Of a DNA stretch of 64,000 nucleotides, positions 50,800 to 62,059 are shown piece by piece; position 1 is the stretch's first letter; the number at the start of each line of letters is the position of its first letter. The notes under the pieces were generated by a model, which saw only the letters and a program-made list of their open reading frames with translations, searched no databases and was not told the origin of the DNA. Made by a program: the position numbers and the translations under genes. The DNA is from Burkholderiales bacterium. GTDB lineage: Bacteria > Pseudomonadota > Gammaproteobacteria > Burkholderiales > SG8-41. The stretch is taken from the NCBI GenBank assembly GCA_046313915.1, contig JBKBXX010000001.1, positions 1,040 to 65,039 on the forward strand, in the 5' to 3' direction.

Positions 50800-51276
50800 G
50801 CCCTGACGGGGCGTTCTGCAAACCATGCTGGGTGACATGAGAAGCTTTCACTCGAACGCGGCTACAACAAGGCCGCTGGTGGCGTCTTTCCGGTAAACGA
50901 AGACATGAAACCGATGCCCGACCATCATGCGCTCGGCAACACATGATGACCATATGCTAGCGGGGTAAACTCACTCAATCGTTGATCTTGATCAAACAGA
51001 AAACGGGAAAGGCATGCGGTTTGCCTCAGCCGCAACCCCTCGTCATGTTTGTATTGCATAACATGTTGATTCACAGTAATGATTTTTATGCCCGGCATCG
51101 AAATCCGGAAATGATTTGGCAGCGTTCGCGCAGCTCGCCACCAGCTCACCTCCGGTCCGTCCGGGCAGTATGCAGCGCCGCCGCCTTTTTTTCAAAACTT
51201 CGGTATGATCGAGCGCGGTGAAGCGGCCTGCGCGCCATGCGTCCGGATGATTCGGAAAACATAGGGGAAGACCGCC

Positions 51277-51603
51277 GTGATGCGATTCAGGGCATTGTTG
51301 CAACTGCTTGTTTTCCTGGCTTCGTTTTCCGGCCCTGCCGCTGCCGCGCAACCTTATCCCTCGGGCCCCCTCCGCTGGGTCGTGCCGTTTCCGCCGGGCG
51401 GCGGCACGCCCCAACCCTCGATTGCCGGGCTGTACGGTGAGATCGCACGCATTCTCAACCTGCCGGAGATCAGGGACCGTCTGATGAAAGAAGGCGCCGA
51501 CATCGTTGCCAGCACGCCCGAGCAGTTTGCGGCGTTTCTCAAAACCGAAATGGAGAAATCCGCCCGCATCGTGAAAGCGGCTGGGATGAGCGCGAGCAAT
51601 TGA
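51277..51603 (+). pseudogene. Bug/TctC-family substrate-binding protein remnant with an in-frame internal deletion
   Basis: In 108 aa there is a signal peptide plus YPSGPLRWVVPFPPGGGT (the N-terminal Bug motif), joined directly to the family's C-terminal end ...LPEIRDRLMKEGADIVASTPEQFAAFLKTEMEKSARIVKAAG. The intact paralogue at 29512-30483 is 323 aa. Confidence 0.7.
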
Positions 51604-51679
51604 TTCCGCTGCGGCCTGCTATGCGCGTTTGTGGCGATGCGATATCCTTTGTTCTTTCACGATGCAGGAAAAAAATCAC

Positions 51680-53398
51680 ATGACAGACTCGGCAAGCGCG
51701 CAGTATGAAGCGCTGTGGCCGCGCAGTCCGCGCCAGGCCAAAGTGAAACCTCTCGCCAGGCGGCTCGATACCCTCGAAGGCAAGACCATCGCGTGGGTCT
51801 GGGATTATATGTTTCGCGGCGACGAAGTGTTCGCGCAACTCGAGGAGAGCCTCAGGGCGCGCTATCCGGGCATGAAATTCGTGTCGTGGAGCGAGTTCGG
51901 CAACACCCACGGCAGCGAAGAACGCGCAGTCGTGGCGGCCCTGCCGCGCAAGCTCAAGACGCTGGGGGTGGACGCCGTCGTTTCCGGCCTCGGCTGTTGA
52001 GGCAGCTGCACGCCCGCCGTGTTGCGGGCGAGTGCGGCGGCCGAGGCTGCGGGCATCCCTTCCTCGACACTGGTGTGCGAGAGTTTCATGGGGCTCGCGA
52101 AAGCAGCTTCGCTCGGGCTCGGCATGCCCAATCTGCAGGTGGCGGCGGTGCCGGGTCATCCCGGTCTGCAAAGCAAGGAAGTTTTGCAGCGGAATATCCG
52201 CGAGGTCACGCTGGCCGGCGTGATCGACAACCTGCTCGGGTCGCCGGCGCAGGCGGCGGCGGGCAGCGAACCCGGCGCGCGCGACGTCGTGTGCCGCGGC
52301 ACGTTCGAGGAAGTCAACGACTATTTCATCACCCATGGGTTGTCCGACGGGCTGCCGATCGTCCCGCCCACGGTCGCAAAAGTCGAAACCTTTCTGCGCC
52401 ATACCGACCGGCAGCCGGACGAGGTGCTGGGTGTCTTGCTGCCCGACAGCCGCGCCGCAACCGTGTGGAGCGTGGCGGTGAACGGGGTGATGGCGGGCTG
52501 CCGCCCCGAGTACATGCCGGTGCTGGTCGCGCTGATCGAGGCGATGGCCGATCCCGCTTACGGCGTCGAGCACAGCGGCAACACGCCGGGCGGCGAAACG
52601 CTGATCGTGCTGAACGGGCCCATCATCAAGGAACTCGGTTTCAATTACACGCAGGGTGTGATGCGCGACGGTTTCCAGGCGAACACGACCGTCGGCCGTT
52701 TCTGGCGGCTTTATCTGCGCAACGTCGCCGGTTTCCTGCCGCACAAGAACGACAAGGCGACATTCGGCAACACCTGGCGTGTCGTGGTGGCGGAAAACGA
52801 GGAAGTGCTGGCGAAAATCGGCTGGCCGCCGCATTGCGCGGAATTTGGTTTTGCCCCCGGCACCAACGCGGTCGCCATCGGCCGCTACACTGGCGGCAAT
52901 CACATTTCATCGGTATCGGGCGCGACACCGCAGGCGTTGCTGCCGTACATCGCCGACGCCGTGGTCAGGCAATACTCATGGCAGATCATGTTCACGGTGG
53001 GGCAGGGCCGGGGAACGCTGCGGCCGCTGATACTGCTGTCTCCGATACTTGCCGAGACCATCGCCGGCGGCGGCTGGTCCAAGCAGGATCTGAAACGGCA
53101 ACTTTTCGATCACGCGCGCATGCCGGCGTGGATGTTCGAACGCTATCTGCGCGACTGGACCCAGAAGCCGGTCTGGAATCTCGCCGCAGAGCACGAGGCG
53201 GGGCGCATTCCGAAGGTATTCCACGAATCCGACGATCCGAACCGCATGGTGCCTCTCGTGTGGAAACCGGAGGACTACATGATCGTCGTGACCGGCGATC
53301 TGGGCCGCAACAGCTGCTACGTCTTTGCGCACAATGGCGTTCTCGGTTATCCGGTGGGCAGGGAAATCAGGCTGCCGGATGGGCGGTCGCTGCGTTGA
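51680..53398 (+). CDS. candidate selenoprotein (UGA codon 107 read as Sec): a UGSC-motif N-terminal module fused to an unassigned ~380-aa C-terminal region
   Basis: ORF-track entries 51629..52000 and 52019..53398 share one frame and are separated by TGA 51998-52000. Read-through gives VVSGLGC-U-GSCTPAVL. A SECIS-like hairpin lies at 52005-52038. The alternative is two genes, 51680..52000 and 52019..53398. The start is at MTDSAS (ATG 51680), or at ATG 51662. Confidence 0.55.
52005..52038 (+). other. SECIS-like RNA hairpin immediately 3' of the in-frame UGA
   Basis: GCUGCACGCCCGC, loop CGUGUU, then GCGGGC-GA-GUGCGGC. That is 13 bp including one G-U pair, with a 2-nt bulge. The stem starts 4 nt after the UGA and the apical loop starts 17 nt after it. 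Confidence 0.45.
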
Positions 53399-53716
53399 AA
53401 TCGAGGAAAACGCCGCTGCGAAGACATCCTCGCTTTGCATTCCGATGACGGTGGCAAGGCTCGCGCTTTGCCCGAGCTTCGCGACCACTGGTGGTGGCGC
53501 TAAACTTTTTCGGGCAAAGGCCGTTGACAGATGTAGCTTCAGCGTTCCGGCCGGGGCGGATTCCCAGGCCAAGGAGATGATGCCCCGGATGCTGCTGGCG
53601 AAGTCCGCTGTTGTGCGCGCCCCTTCCTGCGGGCGCACCTGATGCGGGCGGGCGGCAACCACCTTGGACCCGACTGCCTGAGGGTCGTCCCGGGCGGAGC
53701 GCTGAAGCCCAGCCCC

Positions 53717-53749
53717 AAGGCATGACGCAAGTCGTGCCTTCTGTTTTTT
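53717..53749 (+). terminator. rho-independent terminator
   Basis: AAGGCATGAC, GCAA tetraloop, GTCGTGCCTT (10 bp, one G-U pair), followed by CTGTTTTTT. It lies 320 nt after the 53398 stop and 96 nt before the PrpD-family start. Confidence 0.8.
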
Positions 53750-53844
53750 CGGCGCAGCTCGCGCGTCGGACGGCCCCCGTTTCCGATAAAATCGTTTTGT
53801 CGAAGCGTGTAGACAATGACGAAATGCGGAAGGAGAAAGTCCAG

Positions 53845-55212
53845 ATGGCTGCGGCCGATATTAGCGGACGGTTGGCGCGATACATGGTTGAAGCGCGGGA
53901 GCGCGATCTCGCGCCGGAAGTGGCGCGGGAGGCGAAACATCGCATCCTCGATGCGCTGGCGGCGATGGTGTCAGGGGCCTGTCTCAAACCTGGCGAAATG
54001 GCGATCGAGTATGCGCGGTCGCAAGGCGGGATCGAGGAAGCGACCGTGGTCACGACCGATATCAGAACCACGGCCGTCAACGCCGCTCTCGTCAACGCGA
54101 TGTTCGCCCACGCCGACGAAACCGATGACTTTCATCCGGCGACCAAGGCCCATCCCGGCTGCGCTGTCGTGCCGGCGGCGCTGGCGATGGCCGAGCGCGA
54201 AGGCAGTTCGGGAAGGCAGCTGCTCAATGCGGTCGCGCTGGGCTACGATCTGTGCTGCCGCTTTCTGCTGGCGCTCGGCGCCGACCGCGTGCGCGCGACG
54301 CATCGCAGCGCCGAAGGCACCAGCTCGACGATGGGCAGCGTGGGCGCCGCGGCCGCACTGGCGCGGCTCGACGAGAAAGGCATGCGCCACGCGCTGTCGT
54401 ACGCGGCGCAGCAGGTATCGGGAATCTGGAGCTGGGTGCGCGATGCCGAGCACGTCGAAAAAGCTTTCGATTTTTCCGGCATGGGCGCCCGCAATGGCGT
54501 CACTGCGGCAATCATGGCACAGCTGGGATTTTCCGGCGTATGGGACGTATTCGACGGCGAACACAATGTGCTGATCGCGCTCTCGAGCGAGCCGAAACCC
54601 GGGGAAATGGTGGCGGAACTGGGGAGCCGCTATTTCGTCACCGAAACCGCGATCAAGCCTTTCTCGGTTGGCTATCCGATACAGGCGCCGCTCGATGCGT
54701 TTCTCAAGCTGCGTCGCGAGCACGGCCTCACCGTCGACAACGTCGAGCGCATCGTGGTGCGGCTGCCGGAAGACGGCGCGCGCGTCGTCAACGATCGCGC
54801 CATGCCCGATGTCAACTGCCAGCACATCATCGCGCTCGCCCTGGTAGACGGCACCGTGTCATTCGAGGGCAGCCATTCCTACGAGCGGATGGACGACCCG
54901 AAAGTGCGCGCTGCAAAAGCGCGCGTGCAACTCATCGCCGACCGCGAGCTCATGGACCCTGCCGCGCCACGCAGCGGCCGGGTGGAGGTGACGCTGCGCG
55001 ATGGCCGCACTGTCAGCCACTTTACCCGCCATGCGCCGGGCACCAAGGAAAATCCGATGGACACGGAAAGCGTGAACGCAAAAGCGCGGCTGCTGATGGC
55101 GCCGGTACTCGGCGCCGAGCGGACGGAAGACGTGATCCGGCGGGTGAACGCGCTGGAAACGCTGACCGACGTGCGCGAGCTTAGTCCTTTGCTTGCGCGC
55201 GGCGCACGTTAG
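53845..55212 (+). CDS. MmgE/PrpD-family protein (2-methylcitrate dehydratase-like)
   Basis: AKHRILDALAAMVSGA, NAMFAHADETDDFH, HPGCAVVPAALA and PGTKENPM. The start is trimmed to MAAADISG with a GGAAGGAGA SD. Confidence 0.9.
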   Translation: MAAADISGRLARYMVEARERDLAPEVAREAKHRILDALAAMVSGACLKPGEMAIEYARSQGGIEEATVVTTDIRTTAVNAALVNAMFAHADETDDFHPATKAHPGCAVVPAALAMAEREGSSGRQLLNAVALGYDLCCRFLLALGADRVRATHRSAEGTSSTMGSVGAAAALARLDEKGMRHALSYAAQQVSGIWSWVRDAEHVEKAFDFSGMGARNGVTAAIMAQLGFSGVWDVFDGEHNVLIALSSEPKPGEMVAELGSRYFVTETAIKPFSVGYPIQAPLDAFLKLRREHGLTVDNVERIVVRLPEDGARVVNDRAMPDVNCQHIIALALVDGTVSFEGSHSYERMDDPKVRAAKARVQLIADRELMDPAAPRSGRVEVTLRDGRTVSHFTRHAPGTKENPMDTESVNAKARLLMAPVLGAERTEDVIRRVNALETLTDVRELSPLLARGAR

Positions 55213-55276
55213 CGGCTTGGCAACCGCGGCAGGGCTCGCGGCGGCGTTCGTTATTTCCGCGAAAAACCGCCTGCTC

Positions 55277-56470
55277 TCAGCTGAACGCCGGAATGCCGGT
55301 CTGGGCGCGGCCGAGGATCAGCGCATGGATGTCGTGCGTGCCTTCGTAGGTATTGACCGCCTCCAGATTCATGACATGGCGGATGACGTGAAATTCGTCG
55401 GAGATGCCGTTGCCGCCGTGCATGTCGCGCGCCATGCGCGCAATGTCGAGCGCCTTGCCGCACGAATTGCGTTTCAGCAGCGAGACCATTTCCGGCGTGG
55501 CGCGGCCCTCGTCCATCAGGCGGCCGAGGCGCAGCACCGCCTGCAGCCCCAGCGTGATTTCGGTCTGCATGTTGGCGAGCTTGAGCTGGATCAACTGATT
55601 TGCCGCCAGCGGACGGCCGAACTGCCTGCGCTCCAGCGTATAGTTGCGCGCGGCGTGCCAGCAGAATTCGGCGGCGCCCAGCGCACCCCAGGCGATGCCG
55701 TAGCGTGCCTTGTTGAGACAGCTGAATGGTCCTTTGAGGCCCGCGACACCGGGCAGCATGTTCTCTGCGGGCACCGGCACTTCGTCCATCACCACTTCGC
55801 CGGTGACCGAAGCGCGCAGGCTGAACTTGCCTTCGATTTTGGGCGCAGAAAGTCCCTTCATGCCTTTTTCTAGGATGAAGCCGCGAATCAGGTTGTCATC
55901 GTCCTTGGCCCAGATCACGAACACGTCGGCCAGCGGTGCGTTGGTGATCCACATCTTGGCGCCGTGCAGGATGTAACCGTCGCCGGTCTTGCGCGCACGC
56001 GTCACCATGCCCGCGGGGTCGGAACCGAAACCGGGCTCGGTCAGCCCGAAACAGCCGATCCATTCGCCGCTCGCCATTTTCGGCAGGTATTTGTTTTTCT
56101 GCTGCTCGGAGCCGAATTCGTAAATCGGATACATCGCCAGGCTGGACTGCACCGACAGCGCCGAACGGTAGCCGCTGTCGACGCGTTCGACTTCGCGTGC
56201 GATCAGGCCATAGCACACGTTGCTCACGCCGGCGCAGCCGTAGCCTTCGAGGGTGGAACCGAGAAAACCCATTTCGCCCATCTCGTTCATGATCTCGCGG
56301 TGGAATTTCTCGTGGCGATTGGCTTCCAGTACGCGCGGCATCAGCTTTTCCTGGCAATAGGCGCGCGCCGAGTCGCGCACCATGCGCTCCTCGTCGCTGA
56401 GCTGTTCGTCGAGCAGTAACGGATCTTCCCATCGAAAGGCGGGCTTGCTGGCCGGAATCGGTGCTGTCAT
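55277..56470 (-). CDS. gcdH: glutaryl-CoA dehydrogenase
   Basis: [41 protein letters not shown] and [20 protein letters not shown]. The GcdH-type acyl-CoA dehydrogenase pattern runs end to end. Confidence 0.9.
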   Translation of the reverse strand: MTAPIPASKPAFRWEDPLLLDEQLSDEERMVRDSARAYCQEKLMPRVLEANRHEKFHREIMNEMGEMGFLGSTLEGYGCAGVSNVCYGLIAREVERVDSGYRSALSVQSSLAMYPIYEFGSEQQKNKYLPKMASGEWIGCFGLTEPGFGSDPAGMVTRARKTGDGYILHGAKMWITNAPLADVFVIWAKDDDNLIRGFILEKGMKGLSAPKIEGKFSLRASVTGEVVMDEVPVPAENMLPGVAGLKGPFSCLNKARYGIAWGALGAAEFCWHAARNYTLERRQFGRPLAANQLIQLKLANMQTEITLGLQAVLRLGRLMDEGRATPEMVSLLKRNSCGKALDIARMARDMHGGNGISDEFHVIRHVMNLEAVNTYEGTHDIHALILGRAQTGIPAFS

Positions 56471-56571
56471 GGTGTTCTCCTGCTAGAATTGGCCATATAG
56501 TTTCACATATTTCCCGGTTTCCCGTAACGTTCGTGTCGCCGCGCGGCGACTGCTGAGGTGAAGGTGCATCG

Positions 56572-57798
56572 GTGGCGGGCGAAGACTTGTCGAGACTGCG
56601 CATTGATCGCGGCAGCACGAACGCGGTGACGGTCGCAGCAAAAAGGCGACGCAATCCGCTGTGGTGGGTGGCGGCGGCCCTCACCGTTGCCGCCGCGGGC
56701 GTTTATCTGGCATTGGGTTACGGCGGAGCGGTAGAGGTGGAGGCCGCGACGGTAACCGCGAGGTATCCTTCCCAGACTTATACCGTGCTCAATGCGACAG
56801 GCTATGTCGTGGCCCAGCGCAAGGCGGCGGTGGCGTCCAAAGCGACCGGCAGGCTGGAGTGGCTGGGGGTGCGCGAAGGCAGCCGGGTGAAGCGCGGCGA
56901 GGTCGTGGCGCGCCTGGAAAGCAGGGATGTCGCAGCCACCATGGAGCAGGCGGCAGCGGGCATCAAGGTGGCGCAGGCCAATCTGGAGCAGGGACAGGCC
57001 GAACTCGCCGAGGCCGGCCGTGCGCTCGAGCGCTCGCGCGAGCTGCTCGCCGGGAAATTCGTTTCCCAGGCAGCCCACGATGCGGTGGTGTCACGCTACG
57101 AAAAGGCACAGGCCGCCGTGAGCGGACTGAGGGCGGCAATCGCGGTGGCGCAGGCCAACCATCGCGCCGCCCGGGTCGCTGTCGAACAGACCATGATCCG
57201 CGCGCCGTTCGACGGCGTGGTCCTGACCAAGAACGCCAACGTGGGGGACGTGATCACGCCGTTTTCTTCCGCTACCGGATCGCAGGCTGCAGTGGTCACC
57301 ATGGCGGACATGTCGACGCTCGAAGTCGAAGCCGACGTCTCGGAATCGAGTCTTGCCAAAGTCAGGGTCGATCAGCCCTGCGAAATCCAGCTCGACGCGC
57401 TGCCCGAGCTGCGGTTGCGCGGCGTGCTGCATCGTCTGGTGCCGACCGTCGACCGTTCCAAGGCGACCGTCATGGCGAAAATCCGCTTTGTCGACCGCGA
57501 TCCGCGCATTCTGCCGGAAATGAGCGCCAAGGTCGCTTTTCTGTCGCAGGAGGTGGCGGCCGACGAGCGTGGCGCACGCACCGTGGTGCAGGCCGCGGCG
57601 ATCGTCGCGCGCAACGGCCGCCGCGTCGTCTACGTCATCAGGGACGGCAGGGTGGCCGAAACGCCGGTCGAGACCGGACGGCCCCTGGGCGAGCTGGTCG
57701 AGGTGGTCGCAGGCGTCACGGCGGGAGACAAGGTGGTGCTGCGGCCCTCCGGCAAGCTGCGCGACGGCAGCCGGGTGGTGACGGGCGGCAAGCGATGA
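56572..57798 (+). CDS. HlyD/MacA-type periplasmic adaptor (membrane fusion protein)
   Basis: An N-terminal TM anchor, a coiled-coil hairpin (AQANLEQGQAELAEAGRALERSRELL), and IRAPFDGVVLTKNANVGDV. GTG start. Confidence 0.85.
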   Translation: MAGEDLSRLRIDRGSTNAVTVAAKRRRNPLWWVAAALTVAAAGVYLALGYGGAVEVEAATVTARYPSQTYTVLNATGYVVAQRKAAVASKATGRLEWLGVREGSRVKRGEVVARLESRDVAATMEQAAAGIKVAQANLEQGQAELAEAGRALERSRELLAGKFVSQAAHDAVVSRYEKAQAAVSGLRAAIAVAQANHRAARVAVEQTMIRAPFDGVVLTKNANVGDVITPFSSATGSQAAVVTMADMSTLEVEADVSESSLAKVRVDQPCEIQLDALPELRLRGVLHRLVPTVDRSKATVMAKIRFVDRDPRILPEMSAKVAFLSQEVAADERGARTVVQAAAIVARNGRRVVYVIRDGRVAETPVETGRPLGELVEVVAGVTAGDKVVLRPSGKLRDGSRVVTGGKR

Positions 57799-57907
57799 CA
57801 GGCGCGAAACGCAAGGCGTCAGAGGCGGGGCGTTCCGGCTGCAGCGGCCTGCGCGCCATGCCCTTTTTTTTGCGCCTTGCGCTTCGTCGCTCGAGGCGAT
57901 ATCGTTG

Positions 57908-58589
57908 ATGGACCCGACTTGCCGGCCCATCGTCGAGATCCGGAATCTCACCAAATCGTACCGGCGCGGCGGCGAAATCGTTCCCGTGCTCCACGACATC
58001 ACTTTCGACATCATGGCCGGCGATTTCGTCGCGCTGATGGGCCCTTCGGGATCGGGCAAGAGCACGCTGCTCAACCTGATCGCGGGCATCGACAAGCCCG
58101 ACAGCGGCACGCTGCTGGTCGGCGGCATCGACATCACCTCGTTGTCCGAATCCGAGCTTGCCGAATGGCGCGCGCGCAACGTCGGGTTCGTTTTCCAGTT
58201 TTACAATCTGATACCGGTGCTGACCGCCTTCGAGAACGTCGAACTGCCTTTGCTGCTGACCGGATTGCCGGGCAGGGAGCGCCGGGAGCATGTCATGGCG
58301 GCGCTCGCCATGGTCGGGCTCACTGACCGCATGGAGCACTATCCGTCGGAGCTTTCGGGCGGGCAGCAGCAGCGCGTCGCGATCGCACGCGCCGTCGTTA
58401 CCGATCCGACGCTGCTGGTGGCCGACGAACCCACCGGCGATCTTGACCGCGTGTCGGCCGAAGACGTGCTCACGCTGATCGACCGGCTCAACACCGAACT
58501 CGGCAAGACCGTCATCATGGTCACTCACGACCAGCATGCCGCGCAACGAGCGCATCGCATCCGCCACCTCGAAAAAGGAGTGCTCGGCG

Positions 58590-58603
<14 letters not shown>
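57908..58603 (+). CDS. ABC transporter ATP-binding protein (MacB/LolD type)
   Basis: [26 protein letters not shown] and [15 protein letters not shown] at 57908; the ORF-track start at 57905 is a TTG. Confidence 0.93.
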
Positions 58604-60809
<2,206 letters not shown>

Positions 60810-60822
60810 AAAATATTAAAAA

Positions 60823-60835
60823 AATCAAAGAGTTG
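60823..60835 (+). promoter_or_regulatory. IHF core consensus match (AATCAAAGAGTTG) in an AT-rich islet
   Basis: An exact match to WATCAANNNNTTR with a long A-tract 5' of it, between the kinase and the first permease gene. Confidence 0.3.
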
Positions 60836-60875
60836 TGATTGAGCTGCGATTGCGAGCGAGGACACGACGGCGCTC

Positions 60876-62030
60876 ATGTACGAGCTGAAGCTGATTTTCA
60901 GGAATGCGCTGCGCCACAGGCTGCGCACCACCCTCACCGTGATCGGCATGGTGGTCGCGGTGCTCGCCTACGGACTGCTGCAGACCGTGGTCGATGCCTG
61001 GTATGCGGGCGCGCAGGCGGCGTCCGGCGCGCGGCTGGTGACGCGCAACGCGATCTCGCTGGTGTTTTCGCTGCCGGCGAGCTACGAGGCGCGCATCCGT
61101 GCCGTGGCCGGGGTGACCTCGGTGGTCCGTTCCAACTGGTTCGGCGGCATCTACCAGGAGCCGAAGAATTTCTTTCCACAGTTCGCGGTTTCCGACAACT
61201 ATTTCGATCTTTATCCCGATTTCGTGCTGTCCGAGGCGCAGCGCCTCGCCTATCTGCGCGATCGCAAGGGTTGTGTGGTGGGGCGTCAGCTGGCGGAGCA
61301 GTTCGGTTTCAAGGTGGGCGATGTGCTGCCGCTGCGCGGCACGCTTTATCCGGGCACTTGGGAATTCGTGATCCGCGGCATTTTCGAAGGCGCGGACGAG
61401 ACCAAGATCACGCGCCACATGCTGTTTCACTGGGATTACCTCAATGAATCACTGAAAAGGAAAACGCCGCGACTCGCCGAACAGGTCGGCGTCTATGTCG
61501 TCGGCATCGACAATCCCGAGAACGCGGCCGCTATTTCCCGCGCGATCGATGACGTCTTCAGGAACTCGCTCGCCGAAACCCTCACCGAAACCGAGCAGGC
61601 GTTCCAGCTCGGTTTCGTGGCGATGTCGAACGAGATCATCGCCGCGATCCGTCTCGTGTCATACGTGGTGATCGTGATCATCATGGCGGTGATGGCCAAC
61701 ACCATGGCGATGAGCGCGCGCGAACGCATTGCGGAGCACGCGACACTCAAGGTGCTCGGCTTCGGCCCGGCTTTCATCAGCGTGCTGGTTTTTGGCGAAT
61801 CGATCGCGATCTGCGCGATCGGCGGCGGGCTGGGGCTGCTCGCCACACCGTCTGCTGCGGCTGCCTTCCAGGCCGCCACTGGCGGCATATTCCCGGTTTT
61901 CGAGGTGTCGCCGGCGACGCTCGCCATGCAGGCGGTGTGTGCGCTGGCGGTCGCGATCCTGGCGGCGGTGGTGCCCGCGGTACGCGCTTCGCGCGTGCGT
62001 ATCGTGGAGGGACTGCGGGCCATCGGCTGA
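60876..62030 (+). CDS. ABC transporter permease, FtsX/MacB type
   Basis: An N-terminal TM helix, a large periplasmic domain, then three C-terminal TM helices with the FtsX-type ending ...VVPAVRASRVRIVEGLRAIG. Confidence 0.88.
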   Translation: MYELKLIFRNALRHRLRTTLTVIGMVVAVLAYGLLQTVVDAWYAGAQAASGARLVTRNAISLVFSLPASYEARIRAVAGVTSVVRSNWFGGIYQEPKNFFPQFAVSDNYFDLYPDFVLSEAQRLAYLRDRKGCVVGRQLAEQFGFKVGDVLPLRGTLYPGTWEFVIRGIFEGADETKITRHMLFHWDYLNESLKRKTPRLAEQVGVYVVGIDNPENAAAISRAIDDVFRNSLAETLTETEQAFQLGFVAMSNEIIAAIRLVSYVVIVIIMAVMANTMAMSARERIAEHATLKVLGFGPAFISVLVFGESIAICAIGGGLGLLATPSAAAAFQAATGGIFPVFEVSPATLAMQAVCALAVAILAAVVPAVRASRVRIVEGLRAIG

Positions 62031-62059
62031 TTGCCCGACATTCCACCCTTTATCCTGTC

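Noticed and set aside
53524-53529. A perfect -35 hexamer, TTGACA, that could drive an sRNA ending at the 53717-53749 terminator.
   Set aside because: No -10-like hexamer lies 16-19 nt downstream (the sequence there is CCGGCC). I did not call a sigma-70 promoter.
53563-53600. Resemblance of CCCAGGCCAAGGAGATGATGCCCCGGATGCTGCTGGCG to the 3' half of bacterial SRP (4.5S) RNA (…AGCCAAGGCAGAUGACGCGUGUGCCGGGAUGUAGCUGGCAG…).
   Set aside because: The universally conserved 5' half of domain IV, with the GGAA tetraloop (…GGUCCGGAAGGAAGCAGCC…), is absent on both strands. The match is therefore most likely fortuitous.
53399-53844. A possible tRNA-Sec (selC) or other tRNA next to the candidate selenoprotein gene.
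   Set aside because: There is no cloverleaf, no T-loop GTTCRANYC-type sequence and no UCA anticodon loop. The GACCC…GGGTC stem near 53660 encloses a 10-nt loop, which is not an anticodon arm.
57799-57907. A T8 tract with short GC stems in the adaptor-ATPase gap, as a possible internal attenuator of the ABC operon.
   Set aside because: The only stem preceding the T-tract is 5 bp (GGCGC/GCGCC) and encloses the T-tract itself, so it is not a credible terminator.
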